The notes under the pieces were generated by a model. That model was not told the DNA's origin. It made no database searches and saw nothing but the letters and a program-made list of their open reading frames with translations. This document shows, one piece after another, positions 12,485 through 25,520 of a stretch of 64,000 nt of DNA (positions are counted from its first letter, which is position 1; each line of letters begins with the position of its first letter). This DNA is from Oopsacas minuta (lineage: Eukaryota; Animalia; Porifera), in contig JAKMXF010000277.1 of the NCBI GenBank assembly GCA_024704765.1, positions 475,706 through 539,705 on the forward strand, in the 5' to 3' direction. The position numbers and the translations under genes were made by a program.

Positions 12485-14287
12485 ACAAGCAAGCTATGCT
12501 TACTTGCGCTAACTGGCTCGCGAACACTTCGTGTCCACAATACACCAATCGGTGTCAATATAAATAGTTCCGCTATATACAAATTTATCTAATAGGCTAA
12601 GGTATCGACATCAGGGGCAGGCTTAGTTTAGTGGTTGCCCAGGTCTGGGTCGAAATGGGTTAGTGTATATTATTACAACATCCGTTGTCCCGACACAAAG
12701 TAATATTCCTAGGCCTTGCTCGCTCCTGGTCAGCACATATTGTATTCGTAGAATTTTCATCGCTCCGTTAGGAACTTCGGATAGAAAATTCAGAAATAAT
12801 TAATGCAAGATTTAATATGCATGTCCAGAATACAACGAATATTTTTTCCAGTATAGTTGACTATATTTCATTAATAGAAGCGGGTAGTGGTGGAGATTTT
12901 AGCGTGAAAAATTCCAAAGTACGTATTTATGAATCGAGGTATTGAATTACAAACATTCAGCGATCCATTGTCAGTTCGAAAACGAATATTCATATCGTAT
13001 TCACTAGCGTGCTTCGCTTGCTAGGTCGCCACGCGACAGGCGGTAGTATACTTACCAATTCCTCCCCCGGATTTAGCTTATGTACACATTGGGTATCTCT
13101 TAGTGCTTTTGGTTGGAACGCGATGGGATATACTCAGCACTAAGTGGATGTGGTCATGATATAAATTCGCTTTGCTTACTCGCGCTGAGCGGCTTGCGAG
13201 CACTTTTCGGATTCAGTGTAAACTGTTACCCCATTGTAAAATTAAGAGCAAGTCTCTACGTATGTTTGAAGCTTTCCATTATTCGTGTACTGTATACGCA
13301 TAAAAACAACAAATAAATTTGGAGCGCATTCACTAGTCAGAATCATTTTACGACTGTTGTTACAAGTCAGAATCGATTTTCAGACTGTTCTCACAAGTTA
13401 AAAACAAAACATCCATCGATCCGCCATTTTGCAAACTTTTCTAATAATTAGTCCAACCAAAGTCCATTCAAACACAAATTCTCACGAAGTCCACATCCCC
13501 GCGCCTAGGTAGCTTAATAACGAGTAAAATGAAAACTCCCAGATCCATAAGGTAGTGAACTAAATCCTTAATCCCATCCCAATGGTACGGGTTTATAATT
13601 AATACAACAAAAAGTTTTTTCCGGGCCTCGTTTTGCCACGCGACATGTCGGAAACGTAGATTCTGACTTGTGACAACAGTCTGAAAATCGATTCTGACTT
13701 GTAACAACAGTCGGAAAATGATTCTGACTTGTGACAACTAAGGATATTCTGACTAATGATAACTTCGAAATTCTGACTAGCACAACTTCCCCATAAAGTT
13801 ACATGTGAACTTGAAAATATGAAATTCTGATTCAGCGTACTTTATTACCCCATTGTAGCTGTTAAGAGTAAGCCTGTACGTATATTTTAAGATTTCAAAT
13901 AGTTGTTTACTTTATGTTCACAAAACAACAATATATGTACATATGAAAACTTGAAAATGCGAAATTCGGATTCAGCGTGCTTAATTACTCTATATTCCTG
14001 TTGAGAGCAATTCTCTAAGTATATTTCGAGATTTCAACTATTTGTTTACTTTAATAAAAACAATAAATATACATATGACTACTTCAAAAGTGTGAAAATC
14101 AGATTCAGCATAATCGATATGCTTAGTCAAATTTTGTTTAATTCTGTTTACTTTCTTGATAAACTTGATAAATGCGTAGTTATGCAACATCTCAGAATTG
14201 AGAAATTCGACTTCAATATAGGATTCCATAAATCCTTTGCTTGACAACGAACAAACAAACAGACAATTGCAATTAAATAATATAAAT
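12485..14287 (+). mobile_element. HINE/DINE-like element in intron 3, interrupted by a foldback-type MITE
   Basis: 5' hairpin CAAGCAAGC-TAT-GCTTACTTG; GATTCAGC units at ~13209, 13829, 13968 and 14102; 3' CGAACAAACAAACAGACAATTG..TAATATAAAT homologous to 51845-51890. Confidence 0.65.
13321..13791. mobile_element. foldback/MULE-like MITE with subterminal AGTCAGAAT repeats (copy 1)
   Basis: Inverted arrays of ACAAGTCAGAATC/GATTCTGACTTGT. 8-bp TSD ATAAATTT/ATAAAGTT. Close homolog of 62838-63365. Confidence 0.8.
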
Positions 14288-14659
14288 TCCTGGATCTTTG
14301 CTATTTTCTAAAACAAGTTTTATTGATGAGTGTTATCATTTCATTCACGTCACTACAAGTACTTATAGCAATAGCATTGTTAGGTCTAGTTCAATGTTAG
14401 TTTTGTGGTTAGTTGTGACGCAACCTGGTTATAATTTAAATTACCTAATGTTTGGCAAAAATTGTGTGTTAAAGTGAAGAGATTTGGAGCATTGTCGTTA
14501 GTTGGGTATTGTAAGTTTGTAACAAAGTAAGGAATTTAATACTCATGGTATTACCAACTTACAGAAACTATACTCAAAACCTTGTAGGTATTGAAAGTTA
14601 GTTAGGGAACCCATTCCCCTTCCCCAGGTTCACAGTCTTAAGTGTAAATTAGAGTCTGA

Positions 14660-15480
14660 ACAAGTTGTGGATACATTGTTAGAGGTTAGTTCTGAAGTAG
14701 AAATTCTAAGTTGGGAATCTAGAGAATTTTATCTCGAAATCACTGAAAGGGATAGATTGTGTATTATTGATTCAAACCATAGAATGTTATTTTTCAAAAG
14801 TTTGAACAATGCATTATTAAGTTCCATAATGAATCAATGTGTGTTTGGAAGTTTGACTATTATCGGTTGAAAGGGTGATATCTCTAAAATAAACAGTCCT
14901 TTCTTTTGATGTGAGTGTAAATTCCCCAGTTGTAGAACATACGTATTAGATATTAGGAAGATAGTTTTCCAAATATTCATTGGATACAAGATTTATTCAG
15001 AGGGACCAATTTCATCTCAGTAAAATAGACAATTGTTAGATGATAATAATTCTAACAAAACTGGAGGATGTTTTATGGCAAATTGACATATTTAAAATCC
15101 GCTGAATATTTAAGGGAAGTTAAATCTGAAATGAATTTTTGATAGCAGGTGTCCAAATTTACACACGTAAGATGTAGTAGCTATTCAATAGTACTTCCGC
15201 CATCGACTCCTGCTTCCCCTATTCCAGGTTATGTTCAGTACGTTGTACAAGATTCCTATGTGAAAGTTATGTTAGAGTAACTCTAACATAGCTTGCAGGG
15301 TAGACGTACTCTCACCTCTTCGTGGTTACCCGGATCAATTAGATAATGTTATTAAGCGGAGTTGACTGTACATAATTTTGGATTGCTAAGTTTGTCATGA
15401 ATGTTTTAGAAGTTGTAAGGAATATATCATAAAATATACAGTAAAACCATGCCTTCTAAGTTACCGATTTCAAAAAGGGA
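14660..15480 (+). repeat. unclassified old dispersed repeat (decayed coding-like sequence)
   Basis: Shares blocks (GGATAG.TTGTG.ATTA.TGA.TC.AACCATAGAATG; GTTAAATCTGAAATGAA; CCTATTCCAGGTTATGTTCAGTA) with 50150-50870. Related blocks link 37150-37600 with 50850-51320. Confidence 0.6.
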
Positions 15481-17792
15481 GGAAAACGATTGAGTTTCAG
15501 CATTTTGTATAGTTTATGAACGAATAACAAATCAAGTAGTAAAAATTGACAAGTAGGTACTGTGAAAATTGATGTGGGAGTCGAATTGTGGAACATATGT
15601 ACATGTACACTTAGCGTGAAGCATCATTAATAACAAAATACAATTTTATTTAGTGAATATATATTTTGCCTGGCCAAAAATTTGGAATCAAAAGCCGATA
15701 CATGTGGTTAATTACTAAGTTGATTCGGCATTTTGGACCATGGATATCTATAACATATAGTTTGCTGTGGTTGCTTGATAGAAAATGTCCAATAAAGTAA
15801 TAGTAAAATTGGCTCTGTGTATATAACATTCATTAAATTGGAAGACAACACCTAGAGGCAAACAAAACTACTCATTCCTGAAAGTATGATTTCTGAAAGA
15901 ACTTTTTATATATGCTACATTCCCAGTCCTTAAACCATTTTATCAGTGTGTTTAATCCTTGACAGTTGTATGTAATGACAAAGGCGAATAGTGAATTTGA
16001 GAAAATTGTTGGTATGAATGGAATTTGAACACATTCCTGTGTTTCTAAGGAAATGTGTTTCTGTTTGTTGAGGCTATAACTAAAAAACTATGAGTCTTAT
16101 GACTCTAAACTTAAACCAGTAGTTCCGCCATAGTCAGCTTCCAATTCACTAATAAGATAGTTCATTTACTTTTTGCTTACACTTTTTGAAATATTTTGAA
16201 TACTCTATAGATGGCAACCATTTCCAAATATGAGAGATTTCAAAATATCTCAAAAAGTATCAACAAAAAGCAAATAAACTATATTAGTGAATAGGAAGTT
16301 GACTATTACATACTGGTATAAAATTAAGAGCCATAGCACTCATAGTTTTAGAGTTATAGCCTCAACAAAAGAAACACATTTACTTAGCAATAGAGAAATC
16401 TGTTCACGTTCCATTAATACCAACTATTGTTTTCAAATTAACTATTCGCCTTTGTCATTACATACAACTGTCAAGGACTGAAAACACTGACAAAATGGTT
16501 TATACACAGCTTGAAGAGCAACAATTTTCTCTCTAAATTTAGCTTTCGTGAGACCGCATGATGGGATATTATATTTTAGGTTATTAAAATGCATGCTTTG
16601 ATACCATATTCATATATGTCAGGAATACATACACAAGTACATGCATGTGCACAAATCTTTATTATAGTACATCACAATACATATTCAAACTTCAAAGTAT
16701 AGATATTATAAACAAAAAATAAAAATATATTCACGTACTCAAGGCGTTCGAATAAACAGGAGGTTGGAAAAGTTAAATATGATAGCTATCTACATTAGGT
16801 CATATACAAATGTATAATAAGAAGAGGAAAGTAGCCGAACAACGAATAAAGACGAGAGGCCAGATTATAAATCTCATAAATGTTAAATTAACTCTGCAGA
16901 GTTTGCGAATTAAACATATATTGGATAAAAATTTAAGGAATCACTCAAGACAACCTAAAAATTTCAAATGACTATCATTCATCCTCGCTTAGGCGAATTC
17001 AAATCATAACATCATTTCATTCATACTTCTTAAATAATCAGTACATTGTCTTTATAATCGATTTCTAATAACTATATAAATTTCATGTCCATGGCATAAA
17101 TTGAGAAATTTATCTTACAATAAGCTTTCATTAAACATGGATATTTCTTGAGTTGAAAGTGAACGAAGAATGTAAAACAATGCTAGCATAAACTAGATAA
17201 AAAAGTAGTATATGAATAGATGTACTATATACGTATGTTACCGTCCAAATTGAGTATCCGCCAAATTGAGTACTTGGCACCGCCAAATTAAGTAAGGTTA
17301 TTCGTATGCAAAATTTAAGATTAAATGTTATGGTTACTAAAAAAGCAATATTTTATAATTTTAAAGATATGTTTTGTGGTCTGCTAAAATAAATGAATGA
17401 TGTATCTAGATTCATACCACGACTATTATCATTCAATTGACTTGAAAAAAGTATTTGCATGGTTTAATACAATTAATATCTAAATATACACACAAATACT
17501 ATAAAAATCATAACATAGTAAGAAATAATGTAGTAAATGTACTTCTAGAAACTCTATTAGTTTTCAGTGAATTGTCCAGGATAGTTGACCAGTTGATAAT
17601 AAGGTTAGGCGACGAGTTGATTGAGGTGGTTATGAAAAAACCCTGTTTTAACATTACTATATGTTCTCGTATACGGTAGAGTGTCTGTGACCCTTCGAGT
17701 TGCATTTAACCCGCTTCCGTTTGCACTGGCAAGTCTTAGTCCGGCAGCTGTCTTACATTGGCATGAGACGCACGATGTAGCCCCTGGCTCTA

Positions 17793-20700
17793 CAGTGTTC
17801 AATCCAGGATTTACTTTTTGGGGGAAGTTGTCATTAAGGGCAACGCTATAGATCTCTGGCTATTCTTTTGTTTATTTAGCCCAATTAAGATACTACTTAA
17901 TTAAAAACAACGTCACTTACAATATGAATATTTGAAAATCTGTGTTAATTAACAATTCGTAAGAGTTAAGCTTGAACCTCACAATACTATTCTACTGTTC
18001 TTTTGCACTTTATAATAATCAACTAATTCCTTCAACTTATTATTCGTTAGGTGATCAGGGCCTTCAATGCATATGTGCATCCTATATTCAAGCGTGTCCT
18101 CGCCAATCCAGCTTCGGAGTCTTGTTTTAATAGTTTTATACTGCTAAATGTACTGTCAACAGTGGCTGTTGTTACTAGTAAAACTTCTACTATTGCAGCT
18201 AAATTTGATAAGTTTGGAACTGCAATCGAAATGTCCCCGCTGCTGATCAATTTCGTTAGTACATCTTGCAAAGTGCTATTGTTGAATTGCCTCTAAATTA
18301 TCCGCCGAAACAATTTCCGTTCTGCTTCAGTTTCCTCTCCATCAATGTCTGGTTGTGACACCATCATCATCACCAAAGTACATCTGAAAGCATATAGATA
18401 CAAAGTACAGTTTTCTATTTTGACAAGAGAGTCGCAATTCCATGTGCTTGTGCATCACAAGTTTCATCATAATGCTCTTCAAATGTGCGTACCAGGCTTG
18501 GACCGGGTCATGATTTCCTGACCCGGTAAGCTCTGACCCGGTACAAAAGGTTGAAACCTCTGACCCGGTCACCCGGTTTTTCAAAACATTAATTTTCTAT
18601 ATTCATGCGATTTGATAACGATTAGATTTTACTAAGTTTTAATATCCAGGGATTTGGCAATTAAAATCCAGGGAAATTTGTAGAAGGGGTTGATAAGTCT
18701 GAACAAGGCATAGTGTTTTAAAACTCGCCTAGGGTCCTAATAGTTAAAGTTGGGATATATGGCAGCTGGGGCCCTAGTGTTTTCTGTTAGCACCATATTT
18801 TTGTTCCAGAAGTCCTGAAAATATGTTCTGATTTTGATATATGAAATTTACTATATTTAAGTAACGCTAAGAACAAATGATAATTATGATTAATGGAGAT
18901 AAGGCTTAGTAATTTAATTGGAGATATACTAAGTGAAGTCTGTCATATTATCTTCTTTTTCAATGCATCATTAAGAAGAACTAACCCCTCCACTGTATCT
19001 GGATTCAATTTTTCCCGATCTTTCCTCGTAACGCGATCGGCAGAACTAAAGTGGCGTTCCGATTCAGCCGAACTAGCCTGAATTACTAAAAATGACTGTG
19101 ACAGGAAACAGGTAATTGGGAATCTGCAACTGTGTTTCCCCCACCACTTTATAGGATCAAAGATATCTTCATCATATTGGATGGAAATGATCTTTTCATA
19201 GCCTGTTAATTCTGATCTCAAATTTTCTTCATTCCAATTCGTATAATTATTAGTTGAAACTGTAGTACTACAGTTCCTAAAGCATAAAAGTGGATCTAAT
19301 CTGTTACTTTTAGGAGCTGATGGCAGAAGAGGTTCATCTACCTGATTTTCCTGAATTTGGAATTGTGGGGGAGGAATTAATTTCTCTTTAAATGCAAGTA
19401 TAATACCTTCTCTTGCAGTTTTAAGGAAAATGATGCGATCTTGTTTATTCTTCACGAATAGAATTTAGAGATGTCACACCTTTTGTACAAGTTCTTCTGT
19501 CATTATTCGTTTCAGAATACGTGTTAATGGATCATCCTCTGTTTCTATTTCCCAAGCATTTTGAAGAGCATAATATGAAGGTGCCACATTCTGAATACTA
19601 GCTATAGATCCAAATTCGAGGATATCGAATATACGATTAAGTTTTTCAAAAACTTCGTGACGATAGCCAAAAGATTCAAGTCTATTCCTGCAACAATGTA
19701 AGCCTTATTCTTCTCTGTTAATATGTCTGATAACTTTCCATATGACTGCAAAATCGAGTTAAACATTGAGTAAAGACTTCTCCATGGCCTTGTCTTACCA
19801 CCTCTTTTCAGTGATATAGGTAGTTCCGATTGAATTCCAGATGATTTTTTTGCAAATGTAACTGCCTTATTAACGTCATCATGAAGCTGGTCGAGTTCCT
19901 CATTTTCCATCATAGCTCGTTCCCATCCAGTTTTAATCGCGGTATTAATTCTGTGACAGGCACAATCTATCCTAATCTTTTGTGCAGTAGCAGCCACCAT
20001 ATTTGCTCCCTTGTCTGTTGTAACAGGAGTATTAGCAGGATCACAATATACTTCTGTTAAAATTTGATCTAGTTCAAACCCAATATTTTCAGAGGTTTTA
20101 ATTTGGGAAAAACTTTGCAAGCATACATAGCGCATTTGAGGGTCCATAATTCTTTACCAATATCACTCTCATCCGTACCCTGTGAAATCCAGAAAAAGGA
20201 AACATCTAGGTAACTTCGATTCATAACATTATCTGTCCAAAGATCTGTTGTGAAAGCAACAGTATCCCTCTGTATTGGATCTTGGAGTCTAGAACAAATA
20301 TCTTGTTTGATAGTAATGATCTGTTCAACTGTTGATTTTGATATAGCCTTTCGTCCAGGAAGTATATTAGAAGCACTCACATTACCATATTTTGCACCAA
20401 TTCTGATCATTTCTTGAGAGAAAAGGATGAATTGTGGATTTCCAATGGTATTAAATGACAAAAATGCCCCCGCAACGAAATTTCTACTAGAGATAAGAAT
20501 TTTTGAGCATCCTGTTTATTTATAATATCCTTAGAACTTCTATTAAGAAGAGACGTGATTCTAACCTGTAAGGATGATGATACATCTGGACTACAATGTC
20601 GTGTGTGATCATTCAAATTCTTTGTTCCATAATCAATAATCTTACCACTATCCATTTTCATTTTATAAATAATGCATTTGAGACAATGGTTACAGCATGC

Positions 20701-21465
20701 TACTCCAAAAACAATGTTCCGTTATCGTTCAAAACTTCTGAAAAATATTTCCAACAAGTACTTATGTTCAAACGTGTGGAAGATTTTACTTTTAAGGTAT
20801 AAATTTCATTTTCAACTTTCTTACTAATATCAGCACAATCCATCTCTAAACATACAAAAGTATACTACATATCTATATACGTACATAAAAGTATATATGT
20901 ATATAAGTATACAGTAGTAATGATACCAAACAAGTTAGTAAAATACTAATGATTCATGAAAATGAAATGTCTAACTAATATTAACTGAATTATTATGATT
21001 TACAAACCGTTATAATTTAATTATCCATAAAGATATAAACCGGGTCAAGTCAAAATCAGTGAACCGGTTCAAACCCGGTTGACCCGATGACCCGGTTTAT
21101 TCGTGACCCGGTCCAAGCCTGGTGCATACCATGCTGGGATACTCCGCGCACAGCACACACGGCTCTTTCACGTGCGAGCCATAGAGCATCACCAGGTTTT
21201 ACCATTATAATCTCAGCAGATTGGAGTTCCGCTTGGATCAGTGAAATTTTTTCTGTTTTCTTGGGAGAATAATGGAAAGCTTTCCAGATTGTTAACATTG
21301 TTACCTAAACTCTCATTATTTGTACATGTTCTGTACAAGCATTGACAGCAGAAAGTTGAAATTTATGGGACTGTAGTGGATATAAATTGCACTTCTTGCA
21401 AGTGATCTCAGACGCCTTTGAACGCTACTTATATGGCCAGACATTGTATTAGTAACAACAAACCC
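17793..21465 (-). mobile_element. truncated hAT element (ZNF862/ZMYM1-like transposase) nested in the Ginger-like element
   Basis: One terminus CAGTGTTCAATCCAGG at 17793. Dimerisation-domain remnant PNLSNLAAIVEVLLVTTATVDSTFSS (18047-18271); FHYSPKK..KPGDALWLARERAV (21130-21298); NTMSGHISSVQRRLR..AIYIH (~21380-21460). The other end is deleted. Confidence 0.75.
18493..21121 (-). mobile_element. Ac/hobo-like hAT transposon with frameshifted transposase
   Basis: TIR CAGGCTTGGACCGGGTCA with subterminal GACCCGG repeats. 8-bp TSD GTGCGTAC/GTGCATAC. Motifs FTTDLWTD, TTDKGANM, CACHRIN, TRPW, DPIKWW..ASSAESERHFS. Confidence 0.92.
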
Positions 21466-22849
21466 AAGGACAGCTCTCTCTCAGGGACATCGTCAGGTGG
21501 ATAAGCTTGTCAGTGCCACAGGGTGTTAAGTCAGTGTAGGTGAATGCTATGCTGATTGTTCCATGTGCAGTCCCAATCTGGAAAATCCCTCCATCCAGTA
21601 AACATCCGTAACAGTACCAATGAGACTGTTGGGACCAATGCTAGCCCTGTCAGGGTAAGGAATGGCATCCTCACATTATCCCCTTTCAATAGTCTTCCTA
21701 CGTTTCATACTAGACTGTATCATGTCAGCTCCTTGCTTTCTGAGTGCTCTCCAGCTTCTTTGACGGAGCCTCTCAGCATTTCGCGCTATCCAACAATACT
21801 CATCGCGCGCGCAGAAGTACTGTACTGGAGTCTTACCGTACGCATCTAGTCGGTCCAGGTAGTCAGCCAGATGAAATGGGGCCAGAGGTAATGTTAATAT
21901 AAGGTGTAACTTGTGTTCCGATCTGCAGGGTACAGTAAGGTTGTAGGAATCGTCATCAAGATCGTCGGCAAACACATATCCTGCCTTTGTTGGTTTGGCA
22001 AATGCCGCAGAGGCGTACGAAGAGGACAATTAATGCACGAAGCACTTGACAGTTGTGGCTCATGAAATACTCGTAGACCCTGTTACATCCGCCATGACTG
22101 AGCTCGTGATGTGAGGCCACTAACGTATCCCACAGGTCTTAGCCATACGCGTAATTTGCTCCATGAAGTCCCCGGATATCATCCCTTCACCTACAGGACC
22201 TTTACTCACTCAAACTCCTCCACAGGATAGCGCAATTTGGTCCTGCCCCAATTGGGATCGTTGGTGTTGCAACCATCCTTTCTATAGCTCTCTATAATCC
22301 CATCTCTCTCCTCTCTCCTCACCAAATGTAAATTGATTGAGTTACTAATGCTCTGCTTCGAAAATTTCTTTAGTATTTGACAAAGGAAAGTATATTGATT
22401 TGGCCCAGATGAAACAAACGCAAACAATAATAACATATTTATAGTAACTAGTTAGAAATCGCGCAGTAACTGTCGCGTGATACACAAGTGTTAATATAGG
22501 CCTAATACCACAGTAGCATCCAGGTAACTTTGGTATGTATGTTGAATAGTAATTACACAAATATAATTCCATTTTAGTTAACCCATAATATCGTTAGTAT
22601 AAGATTATATAAGAAAAACATTTCTCAATTTGGACGGTGACATATACGTTGCATAGAATTCAGGTAGCTAATGAAAAATCCAGAAGTGGTTGAATAAAAA
22701 CTTAGAGTCAATATTCCAAATTAAATAAAAAGGGGGGTTAGAATAAACGCAGGGTGGGGGGTGTAAGGAAATTCTATAAATAAATAAGCGGGGCCCCGTT
22801 AATTAGAATCCCTAGCTCATAAAGTATTTCAAAGTAAATATATTTGCAA

Positions 22850-24420
22850 CTTAGCTAGGACTCTTTCTAAACCAAAACGCCCATACCTCCCAGATGACCA
22901 TTCCAGTTTAGGTTGTAATTTCATCAAATCACTTCCAGTTTCAATTAAGGTATTCACTCAGAATATTAAATAATTATCGAGTTATGCTACCAAATTACAC
23001 CCCTCCAAATTCCGCATTATTTCATCATATTTTCTCGATCTTGGATCTTCAACAATTTTCGTGGTTCATATTTTGTACAGGATGTAACCAAATTGATGCC
23101 CTATTCCAATATACGCAAGGCGACTAAAACTTCAATTCGCTTCACATGGTGGCCATGGCCGCCCCAGCTACTGCAGTCCCGACTTCTATACCCGAATAAT
23201 ACATATTTATATGAAACTCTTAGCATTGTTACATAATAGTGAATATGCACATCTATGGTAATTTTTAACTGACGCAAATATCTTCAGAGATACATTAACA
23301 AAATGTACTATCATGGTATGGGAAGTCGGGTATATACTACAAAATAGCTATCCTTAGCGATAATTGGATATAAATAAAAATTTGTCTTCCCAGGTCATAC
23401 GGTAACTCAAGAATAGGGAACTTTTATTACAAATTTTTGACATTTTCTACAAAATCTATAGATCAAATCGTATATTATCTGTGAAATGAAAGAAGCAATA
23501 TTTTAGGCTCTACAAGGGATCAAAGAATGACATATTTTAGTAAATAAATGCTTACTAGGCACATATTTTGACAAATTCGGAAAATCCTAGAATTATGCAA
23601 TACATTTATTCCGGCAAAAATGCGCCGTTTCTACAATATAGCAATCACTTGTCCTTTGCTATATCGGGTAACGTATCCCTAGTCCAAGATCCACAGTTAC
23701 TGTTTAGCTTCATGTATAGTAAGCTAGGTTTAACCTAGTGGTCGCATGATCGCAACCGGCCAATATTCTCGGCATGAGGCAGCTCCGAATTGAATATAGC
23801 CACTTACATTATGACAGAAAAGAATGTATAAAAGTCAAAATGGCCCAAAATGGTGTTAGACAAACACAATGAAGGAGTTGTCATAAAGAAACACAAAAAA
23901 TTTTACGACTTCGTTTTAACCTAACCCGCACCTAAATTGAGATTTTAGCAAGTCTTTGCAATAATAAAATGAACATTTCATTGGACGTCATAAATGACAT
24001 ATTCACATTATTCAGTTAACACTATGGAAAATTCAATTTGTTGGTGTAAATTGATTTTGGAGGCACACATGGTTTGTAAATGAAGAATAATGCTGATTTT
24101 GAGGAGAAATTTGAATAGATTGGGTAGCAATACCAAGTATGCTGTTTTTTTAGCGTCCCATAACCCCCGAATATAAAATTATGAACCACACAAAATGTTG
24201 AAGAGCGAAGATCGGGAAATAATATGGAATAGTGTGATAGTATAAGGGGTGTAATTTGTAAACGTGACGATATATTCATTTAATATTCTGTGTGAATCCC
24301 TTAATCCATTAAGGAAGTGATTTGATGAAATTACAGCCTAAAAAACTGGAATTATCACCTGGGGAATGTTTTCTAAATTTTGGCATGAATGACAAAGAGA
24401 ATAATCCAGAAAATTTCAAC
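22850..24420. mobile_element. non-coding element bounded by diverged inverted repeats
   Basis: 22885-23010 (ccagatgaccattccag..aaattacacccct) is the reverse complement of 24240-24365 (aggggtgtaattt..ctggaattatcacctggg). Outer boundaries are approximate. Confidence 0.55.
23270..23730 (+). repeat. dispersed repeat family (other copies at ~34540-34860, ~57040-57140, ~62740-62830/63375-63410)
   Basis: Shared blocks AAAATGTA.TA.(A)..GTATGGG and GCAAAA.ATGC.CC.TT.CT.CA.TA.AG.AA.CA..T. Confidence 0.55.
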
Positions 24421-24609
24421 GAGTGTGTATTGAATGTTAGATAGATGTTGCCTGTGACACAAGTGGTACAAATGTATAATATTAAAACTAAATTAAATCT
24501 ATCTATCTATATGTAAGTATGTATACAGCATAAATCGGAGAAGGCGTAACCATCTGGAAACCAAAATTAGTACGTAATAACCGAGTGTAGGTCTTATCCT
24601 AGCCCTACA

Positions 24610-24830
24610 GTGTAGGTTTAATGATTTTGGCCAAATGCACTTATCATGGAATTATTACACCATAATTACAATACAAAAATGTGAATTTCCAAATTTCAAG
24701 AATTTTTAGAAATTCTTAATAAGGAAAGAAGAGCCGAGATTACTAACCAAAAGCCACGCTTTTGGAGGTCCAGCGTCACGAGATATGCCCATTAAATATA
24801 ATTTGGAGGGACCATGTAGAATCTAATCTT
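24610..24830 (+). repeat. dispersed ~230-bp repeat (other copies at ~29740-29990 and ~33770-33990)
   Basis: Shared ATTTTG.CCAAA..ATCATGG.ATT..TAC, ACCAAAA.CCAC and CATTAAAT..AATTTG blocks. Confidence 0.55.
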
Positions 24831-25520
24831 CGAATTTCCGCTATCTATTATATTCGAGGCACGAAGTACCAAGTATACCTCGTTAAGTAGAGACCAAAAG
24901 TCTAAGAAATGTTGCTGTTTCATATTTAAGCTCAACCTGTGGCACTAAATGGTGCGGAGTGACATAGCAAGCGAAGTGCGGTAATGTATGACATGTAACT
25001 TTTCATAGAATAGGAAAGAAACTCACGGTATTTAACCAAAGATAACATCAAGTTTGAAAGTTAATTACATAACTAGTTCAAGAAAATCTCTCTCGTACCA
25101 CCTAATAAATAAATGCATTACTTAAATTTAATAACCGACACACTCTCAAATTTTGAAATTAAAAGAAGTCAATTGATTGTATACATGGCAAATGTGCCAT
25201 CCACGGTCTCAACTGCAACTCAAGAACTTGCGAACTTTATGGAAACAAATCAGTTATCAGGGCGGAAATATGATTTAGATGTTAAAATATTTCGTAATTC
25301 TGGAGTGTCTCAAAGATTAAGTTTGAATAATACCCATTTCCCCTGGTACGTATTAATTATTTTGATATTAAGAAAACAAAAAGACTTCCCATTCTGTATA
25401 AAATTATTACAATAGACCTGGAGTTTGCATTAATATAATGAAACGGAAATTAATGCCATGAAAAGGCTATATTCAATGCTGTGCCTAGTTTCGAAAAATC
25501 AATCTTAGAGTATATACATA

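Larger units (their letters stand above)
17236..22642 (-). mobile_element. Ginger2/KRBA2-like integrase-type DNA transposon remnant hosting two nested hATs
   Basis: TIRs TGTTACCGTCCAAATTGAG / CTCAATTTGGACGGTGACA. Integrase HHCC finger HHELSHGGCNRV..LCGICQ (~21990-22110), KQGADMIQSS..GDNV, GTAHGTI..DVPEREL (~21470-21700), and C-terminal Cys cluster CVSCQCK/CRTKTCQCKRKRVKCNS (~17690-17790). Confidence 0.7.

Noticed and set aside
13321-13791. CRISPR-like look of the regularly spaced repeats (also 55828-56500 and 62838-63365)
   Set aside because: The units are degenerate, arranged as inverted arrays inside TSD-bounded elements, lack unique equal-length spacers, and have no cas genes nearby; the context is eukaryotic.
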